DNA from: Bradymonadia bacterium
GTDB taxonomy: Bacteria > Myxococcota_A > Bradymonadia > UBA7976 > UBA1532
DNA: 64,000 nucleotides
Reading direction: 5' to 3'
Assembly: GCA_046290225.1 (NCBI GenBank)
Contig: JBKAGE010000053.1
Location: 1-64,000 of the forward strand
The position numbers were made by a program, and so were the translations under genes. The notes under the pieces are model-generated. The model ran no database searches, was not told where the DNA came from, and saw only the letters and a program-made list of their open reading frames with translations. Of this stretch, positions 20,882 through 31,075 are shown piece by piece; within the stretch, counting starts at the first letter, position 1; each line of letters starts with the position of its first letter.

Positions 20882-23515
20882 GTGTGGCAGAGCATCGTGA
20901 ACTTCTTCCGTCGTATCTTCGGCGGTGGTCCCCAGCAAGTCGAACAGCAAGTCGAGCAACAGGCCCAGTCCGCGGAAACGCCTGCTGAGCCCGCCGTCGA
21001 GGCTGCCCCTGAGCCCGTCGTCGAGGCCGCGCCAGCCACTCGAGAGCCCGCTGTCGAGGCAGCCTCCGAGCCTGCTGTTGAAGAACCAGCAGAGCCCGCA
21101 ACAGAAGATGCTGCTGCAGAAGATGCCGGAGCAGATGCTGCCCCCGCAGAAGGTGCAGCCGCAGAAGATTCTGCTGAGCCCGCTGTCGAGGCGACACGCT
21201 CTCAAGAGCCCGCTGTCGAGGCAGCCTCCGAGTCTGCTGCCGAGGCGCCTGCTGAGGCAGAAGAGTCCGAGGCGGCTCAGGCCTCTGCAGAAGCGACCGA
21301 GGACGCCTCTGAGGACGACGAGGACGACGAAGAAGACGATGAGTCGTTGGAGGCGACCTCTGACGATCCCGAGGTCGAGGCTCGGAAGGCCGAGGCCCGC
21401 AAGGCTCGCCGCCAGCGCCGCAAGGCCCGCAAGCGCGAGAAGCGCAAGGCCCGTAAGAAGGGCGAGGCCGAGCAGAAGCGTGACCAGGCCCTCGCTGCAG
21501 AGGCTGAGGCCGAGCGCCGCCGTCAAGAAGAAGCTGAAGCCCTCAAGAAGGCTGAGGAAGAGGCGAAGGCTGCTGCCGAAGCTGCTGCGAAGGCCGCTGC
21601 AGAGGCTGCCGAAGCGGAGGCGAAGGCTGCCGCCGAGGCCGCTGCTGAAGCCGCAGCGAAGGCTGCTGAAGCCGCGGCGAAGGCTGCCGAAGAGGCGAAG
21701 GCCGCCACTGAGGCTGCAGAAGCCGAGGCCGCCGCAGCACAGCAGGAGGCTGAGGCTGCAGAGGCTGCAGCGAACGCCAGCGACGAGTCGGTGGACACTG
21801 AGGCTGCAGAGGTTGAGGCACCTTCTGTAGATGCTGCGCCGGAAGAGGTTGCAGAGGCATCTGCCGAGCCCGAGCAGGCCGCCGAAGATGCCCCTGCTGA
21901 GGACTCTGCTTCCGAGGAGTCAGTCGAGGCCGCACCCGAGGCCGAAGCCACTCAGACAGAAGCTGCCGAGACCGAAGCAGCTGAGGCTGAAGCAGTTGAG
22001 GCCGCAGCTGAAGAGGCCGCATCTGAAGAGGCTGCATCTGAAGAGGCTGCCGAGCAGGCTGCTGATGAGGCGCCCGCTGAAGAGGCTGCAGTTGAAGCTG
22101 CGTCGCCCGAAGAGACGACTGAAGAGGCTACATCCGAGGCGCCTGCTGAAGAGGCTGCCAGCGAAGAAGCTGCCAGCGAAGACACTGCTGACACCTCCGC
22201 TGAAGACGAAGCGGCCGCAGCTGCTGCGGCCGCCGCAGAGGCTGCTCGCGTTGCTGAAGAGGCAGCAGCAGCTGCTGCACAAGCTGCTTTGGACGCACAA
22301 GCTGAAGAAGAAGCTGCTGCTGTCGCCGCGGCCGAAGCTGCCGCCGCAGCTGCCATGGAGGCCATGTCTGGTGGGACCGTCGAGGTCAGCGCCATCGTCT
22401 CCGAAGAAGAGGCTCAGGAGCTCGACGCCATCAAGGACGAGATTCAGTCCGAGGTGGTCGAGGAGAGCGCCTCTGCAGATCCGGTGGAGATCGCAGCCAC
22501 TGTGGCGGTCATGCCCGCGCTGAACTTCGCAGCAGAGCAAACCAGCGATGCGGCTGAGTCCTCAGCTGAGGAGGCGGTTGAAGAAGCTGCCGAGCAGGCT
22601 GAAGACGGCGTCAACTCCGACACGCAGATGATGGACGCCATCGACCTGCCAGAGGACGATGACCTTGATGCACCTGCGGAAGCAGCTGCAGAAGAGACGG
22701 CGTCAGAAGAAGAGGTCGCTGCCGAGGCAGAGCCTGCTGCTGAGGAGGCCGCAGCTGAAGAGGCTTCTGAGGCAGAGGTCTTAGAAGAGGCTGCTGGCGC
22801 CTCTGAAGACGCCGCAGCCGAAGCGCCCGCTGCTGAAGCTGCGACCGAGGCATCAGAAGAGGCCGTTGCTGAAGAAGCTGCCGAGGCCACAGAAGAGGCT
22901 ACTGCGGCAGACTCAGAGCCTGCTGACGAGGCGCCTGCTGCCGAAGCTGCCGAGGCGGAAGAGGCCCCTGCTCAGGAAGCTGTTGCCGCAGACGCTGCCG
23001 AGGCCACGCCCGAGCACGCTGATGAGGGCGAGGCTGCTGAGAGCGAGGCTGCTTCTGAAGCCCCTGAGAGTGAGGCTGCCGAAGCTGAAAGTGCCGAAGC
23101 AGAGAGTGTTGAAGCCACCAGCAAGCCCGTGGGCCTGCCTCCTCTCAGTAGCACCCCCAAGACCAGCCCGCTCAGCAAGAGTGGCGGTGGCCTCGGTGGT
23201 GTGCTCACCCCCAACCTCACCGGCGGCCGCAAGGGTAGCCTGCTCGGGGGTCAGAAGAAGAAAGAAGGCGGGAGCCTCTGGGGCGACGTCAACGAAGGCT
23301 GGAGCAGCCTCGGTGGCCCCTCCAAGACCCCCGGTACCGGCGGTGGCCTGAAGTTGGGCAGCCTCGGTAAGGGTCGGACACCCGCCCCGGGCCGTAGCCC
23401 CCTCGCCGGACTCTCCGCCTCGCTCTCCAAGAGTAAGACTGGTGCCGAGAAGCCCAAGGTGGAAGAGGCCGAGCAGGCCGACGACACCAAAGACGGCGAC
23501 CAGCCCGCCCAGTGA
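20882..23515 (+). CDS. Large Ala/Glu-rich intrinsically disordered acidic protein
   Basis: GTG with GGAGAGG RBS 4 nt after the previous stop; 877 aa dominated by E/A/P. Confidence 0.7.
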   Translation: MWQSIVNFFRRIFGGGPQQVEQQVEQQAQSAETPAEPAVEAAPEPVVEAAPATREPAVEAASEPAVEEPAEPATEDAAAEDAGADAAPAEGAAAEDSAEPAVEATRSQEPAVEAASESAAEAPAEAEESEAAQASAEATEDASEDDEDDEEDDESLEATSDDPEVEARKAEARKARRQRRKARKREKRKARKKGEAEQKRDQALAAEAEAERRRQEEAEALKKAEEEAKAAAEAAAKAAAEAAEAEAKAAAEAAAEAAAKAAEAAAKAAEEAKAATEAAEAEAAAAQQEAEAAEAAANASDESVDTEAAEVEAPSVDAAPEEVAEASAEPEQAAEDAPAEDSASEESVEAAPEAEATQTEAAETEAAEAEAVEAAAEEAASEEAASEEAAEQAADEAPAEEAAVEAASPEETTEEATSEAPAEEAASEEAASEDTADTSAEDEAAAAAAAAAEAARVAEEAAAAAAQAALDAQAEEEAAAVAAAEAAAAAAMEAMSGGTVEVSAIVSEEEAQELDAIKDEIQSEVVEESASADPVEIAATVAVMPALNFAAEQTSDAAESSAEEAVEEAAEQAEDGVNSDTQMMDAIDLPEDDDLDAPAEAAAEETASEEEVAAEAEPAAEEAAAEEASEAEVLEEAAGASEDAAAEAPAAEAATEASEEAVAEEAAEATEEATAADSEPADEAPAAEAAEAEEAPAQEAVAADAAEATPEHADEGEAAESEAASEAPESEAAEAESAEAESVEATSKPVGLPPLSSTPKTSPLSKSGGGLGGVLTPNLTGGRKGSLLGGQKKKEGGSLWGDVNEGWSSLGGPSKTPGTGGGLKLGSLGKGRTPAPGRSPLAGLSASLSKSKTGAEKPKVEEAEQADDTKDGDQPAQ

Positions 23516-24081
23516 GTGACGACGCCACCAGGGGCCCCACATCAGGGGGCTCCGCTGGCCTCGAGATCTCCCCACTCTCAGCCCGCATTCAAGCCGAAGC
23601 CGAGCATCGGTGGTTTCGACGACCCCATCTGGTGTCGATGTGGACCCCCTCTGGCGTCGAGGGTTTGATCCGAGGCATCAGCAGGCCCATTCAGGATCTC
23701 GCTCAGGTGGAGCCTGATCCCGAGGGCATGACCATGCTCAAGGGCATCGACGAGCCTCGAGATCTCGAGCGCCCTTACGAGACCAATGAGCACCTGGAGA
23801 CGATCACCCCGCAGTTCTTTTTGCGGAACACCCATCGGGTGGAGCGCTTCGCCGATCCGTTGCAGCTCGATTTCTATGGCTACATGGAGCTCGGTGAGCG
23901 GGAAGACCCGTGGATCGACATCGAGGTGGCCCGAGTGTGTGGTGAAGGTCATGTGGAGATGGGCCTCGACATCGTCGAGCTGAGCAGTCAATTGGTCACC
24001 GCTCAGGTGGCGGACAAACATCGTCTTGTGGTAGAGACCGCGTGGGCCGATACCTTTGGCCGGGCAGACGAGGAGGACTGA
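23512..24081 (+). CDS. Hypothetical protein
   Basis: GTGA overlap with the upstream stop; host-like codon usage. Confidence 0.65.
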   Translation: MSDDATRGPTSGGSAGLEISPLSARIQAEAEHRWFRRPHLVSMWTPSGVEGLIRGISRPIQDLAQVEPDPEGMTMLKGIDEPRDLERPYETNEHLETITPQFFLRNTHRVERFADPLQLDFYGYMELGEREDPWIDIEVARVCGEGHVEMGLDIVELSSQLVTAQVADKHRLVVETAWADTFGRADEED

Positions 24082-24544
24082 GCTCGACAGACCGAGCACC
24101 CTCCCCGAGCCCCCAAGGTGCAGATCAGCCTTCGAAACTGCAGGTAACCACCCCGCGGCGATGATGCCGACACACCTGCAGCGCGACGTACGACGTCGTG
24201 AAGGGGTGGGGAAGATTCCAAGCCTGCCCGGCCATTTCGTGGAGCATGCTCCACAACCCACCGGGGTCGTCAGCGACGGGCAGGCCTCTCCAGACGACCC
24301 CGAGGAGCGTACAGGGCACTGTACTCGGGCACTGTCAAAGGTCGCCAGGTACACCCCCGGCTGACATCAGCCACATCAGGCCCCCCAGATCCCCCTCGTG
24401 AAGGGTGAGCCTGGGGAAGTTCACACACGGTCATCCGCAGTCGAGAAGTCCCCTCGCACCGCTCCCCCCTGTGCCCCAATGAGGCAGCACAGGCCAGATG
24501 GAGAGGTCGAGGGTGGACCCGACCGCAAAGGAGTACACAGCGCC
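24082..24544 (+). promoter_or_regulatory. Long structured intergenic region, putative rne 5' leader
   Basis: Stems 24138-45/24174-81 and 24262-71/24293-302, palindrome 24239-54, pairing 24222-30/24277-85. Confidence 0.5.
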
Positions 24545-27500
24545 ATGACCAAGCGCATGCTCGTCAACGCCGCCCAGGCCGGAGAGGTCCGGGTGGCCAT
24601 CGTCCAGGACTCCACCCTGGAAGATCTCAACGTCGCCACCGAGAACAACACCCAGATTCAGGGCAACATCTACCGTGCGAAGGTGGTGAGCGTCGAAAGC
24701 GGCCTGCAGGCCGCTTTCGTCGATTACGGGGCCGAGCGAAACGGCTTCATCACCTTCAACGATATCCATGAGCGGTATTACAGCCGGCCCGCGAAGAAGG
24801 GGACCAGGGCGCGCATCCAGGACTGCCTGGACAAGGGCGCCGAGATCATGGTGCAGGCCTACAAGGAGGAGATCGGCAACAAGGGTGCCGCCTTCACCTC
24901 CGACATCACCATCCCTGGCCGGTACCTCGTGCTCATGCCCTTCGCCGGTGGCGGCGGCGTCAGCCGCAAGATCTCCGACGAGAAGACCCGCAAGCGGCTC
25001 AAGGATCTCATCAAGAAGCTCGACCCGCCAGAGGGCATGGGCATCATCGTGCGCACCGCCGGCGTGGGCCGCACCAAGTCGGAGCTCGAGCACGACTACG
25101 AGCAGCTGATCCGCACCTGGGGCCATATTCAGGCAGGCTTCGAGCGCCGCCGCGAGCCCGGCATCGTGCACCAGGAGCAAGACGTCGTCATCCGGTCGGT
25201 CCGCGACTACTTCACCGATGACATCGACGAGGTGGTCATCGACGCCGAGAGCTTGCACACCAAGGTGGTCGAGTTCTTCGAGCGTCACATGCCCGACAAC
25301 CTCGACAAGGTGCGCCACTACACCGGCAAGATGCCCATCTTCAGCAACTTCGGCCTCGAGCGGCAGCTGGAGAACATCGTCAGCCAGCAGGTGCCCCTCG
25401 AGAGCGGCGGCAGCATCGTCATCAACCCCACCGAGGCCCTCACCGCCATCGACGTGAACTCCGGCAAGTCTAAGGGGCAGGCGAGCCAGGAGCAGATGGC
25501 CTACGAGACCAACCTCGAGGCCGCCGCAGCCGTGGCGCGCCAGCTGCGCCTGCGCGATCTCGGCGGGCTCGTGGTGGTGGACTTCATCGACATGATGGAG
25601 AACAAGCACCGCAAGGCCGTGGAGAAGGCCCTGAAGCAGGCCCTCAAGCAGGACAAGGCCCGCACCGAGGTCGGTCGCATCAGTCGCTTCGGTTTGCTCG
25701 AGATGAGCCGTCAGCGTCTGCGCGGCCGTCTGCTCTCGAGCACCCACAAGACCTGCCCGATGTGCAACGGCTCCGGCTTCGTGCTGAGCACCGACACTTC
25801 GGCCCTCACCATGCTCCGCCGTCTGCAGGAGCTCGCGGTGAGCGCCCCCCGGCAGGCCACCATCCGCGGCCGCCTGCCACTCGATGTGGCTCTCTACCTG
25901 CTCAACACCTGCAGGCAGGCCATCGCCAGCCTCGAGGAGCAGTTCGAGGTCACCATCGAGATCATCCCCGACGCCACTCAGCTCGGCGCCACTCGTGAGT
26001 CCTTCGAGATCGTCACCCCCGGTGGCGAGGAGAAGCGCAAGAGCGAGCGCCCCAGCCGTGATCGGGGTCGCAGCCGTGGTCGTGGTGATCGTCGTGACGA
26101 CCGTCGCGGTCGAGGCCGTGATCGAGATGACCGCCGTCGCAAGAGCGAGCGGCCCGCCGAGACCGAAGAGGTGGCCGCGAAGGGCGCCGAGGACGAGCCG
26201 TACTCCCCGCCGAAGATCCTCGGCTTCATCTCTCCCGATCGTCTCGCCAGCCAGACGGACGATGAGGAAGAGAGCGCCGAAGCTTCCGAGGCCCCCGAGG
26301 CAGCCGCCGAGGCCGCCGAAGGTGAGGGCGAAGGTCGCCGTCGTCGCCGGCGCCGTCGTCGTGGCGGGCGTCGTGACGAGGCAGCTGCCGAGGCCACAGT
26401 GGAGGCCACTGAGGCCGAGACCAGCGCCGAGGGAGACGACGCCGAGATCGTCGCCGAGGCCAGCGAAGACGACGAGAACCGTGGCCGCCGACGTCGTCGG
26501 CGCCGCCGTCGCGGTGGTCGCCGTGACGAGGCCACCGCTGAGGTGACCACCGAAGCCGCCGAGGCGGAAGAGGATGCTGTCGAGGGTGATGATGCCGCAC
26601 CGGCAGCAGATCCCCGCGCACGCCTCAAGGCTGCCATGCGCAACCGCAAGCGCGGTCGTGGTGCCGTGCCCGAGCAGGTGGCCGACGCCTACACCGGCGA
26701 GACCGAGACCGCCGACGTCGTCGAAGAGGCTGAGGCTGCCCCTGAGGGTGGTGAGGCCACACCAGCAGACGACGCCGCCCGTCGTCGCGCCGAGGCCCGT
26801 GCCCGTAACCGGGAGCGTCGCGCTGCTCGTCGTGCTCAGAAGGAGGGCCGCAAGACTGCCGCGGGGCAGGTTGCCGGCGATGATGCCGTCGCGGTGCCCG
26901 AGCAGGTGGCTGATGCCTACACTGGCCTCGCAGAGGCCAAGGCTGATGAGAGTGAAGAGGCCACCGAGGGCCGCCGTGGTCGCGCCCGCATCAAGGAGCG
27001 CCTGCGCAACCGTCGTGGCCGTCGTGGCAGCGAGACCCTGCCCACTGAGGTGAGCGAGGCTTACGCCGGTGACAAGGCCGAGGCCAAGGCCGAAGCCCCT
27101 GCTGAAGAGGCACCTCGGGGCCGGTCCCGTGATCGCATCAAGGAGCGTCTGCGCCATCGGCGTGGCGCCCAGAGCGATTACGAGGCCCCCGTCGAAGAGA
27201 AGGAAGAGGCGGTCATCGAGGCTGTTGCCGAAGCTGAGGTGGCGGCGAGCGAGCCCGAGGCTGATCCCATCAGCGCCGATGTGATCTCCGCCTACACCGC
27301 CAAGACGGAAGAGGTCGACGAAGGCCTCGACCTCGACGCCTATGTGCAGGACCCGCCCTCCGAGCCCATCGTGATCAGCCCCGAGCGTCGCGCCGAGACC
27401 CTGGCCAAGGCCATGGATCGGCTCCGCGCCCGGGTGGCGTCACAGGCAGAGGCTGCTGCCAAGGCTGCGGCGAAGCCGGTGAAGGCCCCCAAGGCCCCGC

Positions 27501-28309
27501 CCCGGCGCGTCAAGGCCCGTAGGGCGGCGCAGAAGGCCATGGAGAAGCTCCGGGTCAAGCTCGACGTCATCGAGCCCCCTGCCGAGGTGGAAGCCCCCGT
27601 GGTGAAGGCCCCGCCCCGTCGGGTGAAGGCCCGGGCCACGGCGAAGAAGGCCGCTGCGAAGATGCGTGCCCGTCTGGGCATCGAGGTCGCTGCGCCGGCG
27701 AAGCCCACCCGGGCCCGTCGTCCGCGGAAGACTGCTGCGCAGAAGGCCGCTGAAGCTGCTGCTGAGACCACTACGGTCGAGGCAACAGCAGAGGCGCCTG
27801 CGGCACCTGCTGCGGAGGCACCTGCGGAGAAGCCCAAGCGTCCTCGCCGTACGCGGAAGACCGCGGCGCAGAGGGCCGCCGAGGCCGCTGAGGCTGCAGC
27901 TGAGGCGCCTGCCGAGGTCGCACCTGAGGCACCTGCGAAGCCTGCGCGTACCCGTCGCACTCGGAAGACAGCTGCAGCAGAAGCGCCCGCCGAAGCTACC
28001 GCTGAGGCACCTGCGAAGCCTGCGCGTACTCGTCGTACGCGGAAGACGGCAGCGCAGAAGGCCGCTGAGGCTGCAGCTGAGGCGCCTGCCGAGGCCGCAC
28101 CTGAGGCACCTGCGAAGCCTGCGCGTACCCGTCGTCCTCGGAAGACGGCAGCGCAGAAGGCCGCCGAGGCTTCAGCTGCAGCAGAAGCGCCCGCAGAGGA
28201 GAAGCCCAAGCGGACGCGCCGCACGCGCAAGACCCCTGCCAAGCCTGCCGCAAAGAAAGACACGGCCAAAGACGCCGCCGAGGCGATCTTCTCCACCATC
28301 AGCGACTGA
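24545..28309 (+). CDS. rne: Ribonuclease E with very long disordered C-terminal half
   Basis: GNIYRAKV, QAAFVDYG, VQAYKEEIGNKGA, TEALTAIDVNSG, RLRDLGGLVVVDFIDM, GLLEMSRQR, CPMC Zn-link; AAGGAG RBS. Confidence 0.93.
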   Translation: MTKRMLVNAAQAGEVRVAIVQDSTLEDLNVATENNTQIQGNIYRAKVVSVESGLQAAFVDYGAERNGFITFNDIHERYYSRPAKKGTRARIQDCLDKGAEIMVQAYKEEIGNKGAAFTSDITIPGRYLVLMPFAGGGGVSRKISDEKTRKRLKDLIKKLDPPEGMGIIVRTAGVGRTKSELEHDYEQLIRTWGHIQAGFERRREPGIVHQEQDVVIRSVRDYFTDDIDEVVIDAESLHTKVVEFFERHMPDNLDKVRHYTGKMPIFSNFGLERQLENIVSQQVPLESGGSIVINPTEALTAIDVNSGKSKGQASQEQMAYETNLEAAAAVARQLRLRDLGGLVVVDFIDMMENKHRKAVEKALKQALKQDKARTEVGRISRFGLLEMSRQRLRGRLLSSTHKTCPMCNGSGFVLSTDTSALTMLRRLQELAVSAPRQATIRGRLPLDVALYLLNTCRQAIASLEEQFEVTIEIIPDATQLGATRESFEIVTPGGEEKRKSERPSRDRGRSRGRGDRRDDRRGRGRDRDDRRRKSERPAETEEVAAKGAEDEPYSPPKILGFISPDRLASQTDDEEESAEASEAPEAAAEAAEGEGEGRRRRRRRRRGGRRDEAAAEATVEATEAETSAEGDDAEIVAEASEDDENRGRRRRRRRRRGGRRDEATAEVTTEAAEAEEDAVEGDDAAPAADPRARLKAAMRNRKRGRGAVPEQVADAYTGETETADVVEEAEAAPEGGEATPADDAARRRAEARARNRERRAARRAQKEGRKTAAGQVAGDDAVAVPEQVADAYTGLAEAKADESEEATEGRRGRARIKERLRNRRGRRGSETLPTEVSEAYAGDKAEAKAEAPAEEAPRGRSRDRIKERLRHRRGAQSDYEAPVEEKEEAVIEAVAEAEVAASEPEADPISADVISAYTAKTEEVDEGLDLDAYVQDPPSEPIVISPERRAETLAKAMDRLRARVASQAEAAAKAAAKPVKAPKAPPRRVKARRAAQKAMEKLRVKLDVIEPPAEVEAPVVKAPPRRVKARATAKKAAAKMRARLGIEVAAPAKPTRARRPRKTAAQKAAEAAAETTTVEATAEAPAAPAAEAPAEKPKRPRRTRKTAAQRAAEAAEAAAEAPAEVAPEAPAKPARTRRTRKTAAAEAPAEATAEAPAKPARTRRTRKTAAQKAAEAAAEAPAEAAPEAPAKPARTRRPRKTAAQKAAEASAAAEAPAEEKPKRTRRTRKTPAKPAAKKDTAKDAAEAIFSTISD
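27700..28235 (+). repeat. Coding tandem repeats in the rne 3' end (APAKPARTRRxRKTAA units)
   Basis: Near-identical DNA blocks at about 27884-27957 and 28061-28134; about 6 peptide copies. Confidence 0.85.
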
Positions 28310-28323
28310 GCGCGCTCGCCCTT

Positions 28324-28355
28324 CCGGCATCAGGGGCGTACGTCCCTGATGCCGG
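28324..28355. terminator. Hairpin between convergent rne and prfA
   Basis: CCGGCATCAGGG / CCCTGATGCCGG 12-bp stem; no strong U-tract. Confidence 0.6.
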
Positions 28356-28408
28356 CCCCTTCCATCTGCATATCTCTGTGAGTTGCCCGGCCTCGGAAAG
28401 AGGTTGGG

Positions 28409-29488
28409 TTACAGCAGCCCTTCTTGCTGGGCCTTGAGCTGCTCCGCCTGTAGGTGGGTGCGCAAGGGATCCACCACCATCTCCAGGCTGCCTTCCATCA
28501 CCTGATCCAGGCTGTAGAGCGTCAGGTTGATGCGGTGATCGCTCACGCGGTTCTGCGGGAAGTTGTAGGTCCGGATGCGCTCTGAGCGATCGCCTGAGCC
28601 CACCATCGCCTTGCGGGCCCCTGCCCGCTCCGCATCCTGATCCGCCTGCATCTTCTCGAGCAGGCGGGCGCGCAACACCTGAAGCGCCTTCGCTTTGTTC
28701 TTATGCTGACTGCGCTCGTCCTGGCAGGTCACCACCAGACCCGTCGGTTTATGCGTGATGCGCACCGCAGAGTCAGTGGTGTTCACGTGCTGACCACCAG
28801 CGCCTTGAGCGCGATAGGTGTCGATCTCCAGATCTCGATCCGGCACGTCGATCTCCACCACGTCGGCCTCGGGCAACACCGCCACCGTACACGCCGACGT
28901 ATGGATGCGGCCCTGGCTCTCGGTGACCGGCACACGCTGCACACGGTGCACACCACTCTCGAACTTGAGCACGCTGAAGACGTCTTCCCCCGAGATTGAG
29001 AGGATGACCTCTTTGTAGCCCCCCGAGTCGCTCATCGAGCTGCCCATCGTCTGCACTTTCCATCCACGGCGCTCGGCGAAGCGGGTGTACATGCGACAGA
29101 GATCTGCAGAGAACAGCGTGGCCTCTTCACCCCCGGTCCCGGCGCGAATCTCCAGGAGGGCGTCTCGGCCGTCGTTGGGATCCCGTGGGAGCAACAGCAG
29201 CTTCACCTGCTCTCGCAGCTCTTCGAGTTGAGCCTCGAGGGTGTTCACCTCTTCGCGGGCCATCTCCTTCATCTCGGCGTCGTCCGCCTCGTTGAAGAGC
29301 ATGCGGGCCCCTTCGAGCTCTTCTTCCACCTTTTGCTGAGCGCGCCAGGACTTCACCAGGGGTTCGAGGTGGGCCACCTCACGGGCCACCTCGCGGTAGG
29401 CCTTGGGATCACTGTAGAGATCCGGATCAGCCATACGGGCGGCGAGCTCGTCGTACTGACGACAGACCTCTTCGAGACGGGCTTCCAT
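28409..29488 (-). CDS. prfA: Peptide chain release factor 1
   Basis: [19 protein letters not shown] (PxT motif), [25 protein letters not shown]. Confidence 0.97.
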   Translation of the reverse strand: MEARLEEVCRQYDELAARMADPDLYSDPKAYREVAREVAHLEPLVKSWRAQQKVEEELEGARMLFNEADDAEMKEMAREEVNTLEAQLEELREQVKLLLLPRDPNDGRDALLEIRAGTGGEEATLFSADLCRMYTRFAERRGWKVQTMGSSMSDSGGYKEVILSISGEDVFSVLKFESGVHRVQRVPVTESQGRIHTSACTVAVLPEADVVEIDVPDRDLEIDTYRAQGAGGQHVNTTDSAVRITHKPTGLVVTCQDERSQHKNKAKALQVLRARLLEKMQADQDAERAGARKAMVGSGDRSERIRTYNFPQNRVSDHRINLTLYSLDQVMEGSLEMVVDPLRTHLQAEQLKAQQEGLL

Positions 29489-29593
29489 GGGAAACGCTCC
29501 AGGTTGGCAACGGCAGCATGATGAAGGAAGAAGGGGGGTGCAGGCCAGAGTCTGCGTTGTGGGGTGACTCTGACCTGTGGGCGTCGAGCCGGC

Positions 29594-30841
29594 TCAGCCG
29601 CCCATCGACTCCAGGAACTCACCGTTGTCGGCGGTCTTGGAGATCTTGCCCAGCATGAACTCCATCGAGTCCACCACGTTGAGGGGGTGGAGCAGCTGAC
29701 GGAGGATCCAGATGCGGTTGAGGGCCGTGGGCTCGAGGAGCAGCTCTTCCTTACGGGTGCCCGACTTGTTGATGTCGAGGCAGGGGAAGATGCGCTTCTC
29801 CATGAGCTTGCGGTCGAGGTGCAGCTCGGCGTTACCGGTGCCCTTGAACTCCTCGAAGATCACCTCGTCCATGCGGGAGCCGGTGTCGATGAGGGCCGTG
29901 GCGATGATGGTCAGGCTGCCGCCCTCTTCGATGTTGCGGGCCGCACCGAAGAAGCGCTTGGGCTTGTGCAGAGCGTTGGAGTCGACACCACCGGAGAGGA
30001 TCTTGCCTGAGGGGGGCACCACGGTGTTGTAGGCGCGGGCCAGGCGGGTGATCGAGTCGAGCAGGATCACCACGTCGCGCTTGTGCTCCACGAGGCGCTT
30101 GGCCTTCTCGATGACCATCTCGGCCACCTGCACGTGACGCTGGGCGGGCTCGTCGAAGGTCGACGAGACCACCTCGCCCTCGACCGAACGCTCCATGTCG
30201 GTCACCTCTTCCGGGCGCTCGTCGATGAGCAGCACGATGAGGTACACCTCGGGGTGGTTCTCCACGATGGCGTTGGCGATGTTCTGCATCAGCACCGTCT
30301 TACCGGCACGGGGGGGCGACACGATGAGCGCGCGCTGGCCCTTGCCGATGGGGCAGAGCAGATCGACGATGCGGGTGCTGAAGTTCCGGGGGTGGTACTC
30401 CAGCTTCAGGCGCTCGTCGGGGTAGAGGGGGGTGAGGTTGTCGAAGAGGATCTTCGACTTGGTGGCCTCGGGGGGCTGGAAGTTGATCTGCTCCACCTTG
30501 AGCAGCGCGAAGTAGCGCTCGGACTCTTTGGGGGGGCGGATCTGCCCGGCGATGGTGTCGCCGGTGCGCAGGCCGAAGCGGCGGATCTGAGACGGCGACA
30601 CGTAGATGTCGTCGGGTCCGGGCAGGTAGTTGTAATCGGGTGCCCGGAGGAAGCCGAAGCCGTCAGGCAGGATCTCGAGGACCCCTTCACCGAAGATGGG
30701 CTCGTTCTTTTTGGTCTGGGCGTTGAGGATCGAGAAGATCAGCTCCTGCTTGCGCAGGCCCGAGGAGTTCTCGACGCCCATGTTGCGCGCCATGGCGGCG
30801 AGCTCGGCGATCTTCAGCTGCTTCAGCTCTCTGAGGTTCAT
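29594..30841 (-). CDS. rho: Transcription termination factor Rho
   Basis: [54 protein letters not shown]. Confidence 0.98.
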   Translation of the reverse strand: MNLRELKQLKIAELAAMARNMGVENSSGLRKQELIFSILNAQTKKNEPIFGEGVLEILPDGFGFLRAPDYNYLPGPDDIYVSPSQIRRFGLRTGDTIAGQIRPPKESERYFALLKVEQINFQPPEATKSKILFDNLTPLYPDERLKLEYHPRNFSTRIVDLLCPIGKGQRALIVSPPRAGKTVLMQNIANAIVENHPEVYLIVLLIDERPEEVTDMERSVEGEVVSSTFDEPAQRHVQVAEMVIEKAKRLVEHKRDVVILLDSITRLARAYNTVVPPSGKILSGGVDSNALHKPKRFFGAARNIEEGGSLTIIATALIDTGSRMDEVIFEEFKGTGNAELHLDRKLMEKRIFPCLDINKSGTRKEELLLEPTALNRIWILRQLLHPLNVVDSMEFMLGKISKTADNGEFLESMGG

Positions 30842-31046
30842 GATTTCCCCTCTAGGGGGCCGTCCGCTTCCGGGATCGGGTGATATCGGTTCATCGGGAT
30901 ATCATCTGAGTTGACGCCGGAAAATGGGTAGGTTGGGTGTGGTGGGGACGGCCGGGTCGTTTGTGGAGTCGTACCCTGCTTAAGGCGCGCACGCCTCATT
31001 GCAAGGTAGCGGTCTATAGCCATCAGAATACATCAAGCCGGGGCGG

Positions 31047-31075
31047 ACCCTAGCGATGAGGTTCAACCCTGTCAA
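31047..31075 (-). promoter_or_regulatory. sigma70-type promoter for rho
   Basis: Minus strand TTGACA-17 nt-TAGGGT. Confidence 0.65.

Noticed and set aside
20925..23351. Alternative-frame Leu/Arg/Pro or Ser/Ala-rich ORFs in the acidic gene, and possible CRISPR-like periodicity
   Set aside because: By-products of GAG/GCT codon repeats; no constant repeat with unique spacers and no cas genes
24082..24544. RNase P RNA, tmRNA, SRP RNA or a known riboswitch
   Set aside because: No recognisable conserved signature by eye; kept only as a putative rne leader
24431..27157. 908-aa antisense ORF over rne; similar shadows at 9543..11195, 13223..14554, 16567..18036, 31253..32941 and 50368..51711
   Set aside because: Mirror frames of well-supported genes; stop codons are rare in GC-rich codon-biased DNA and there are no motifs
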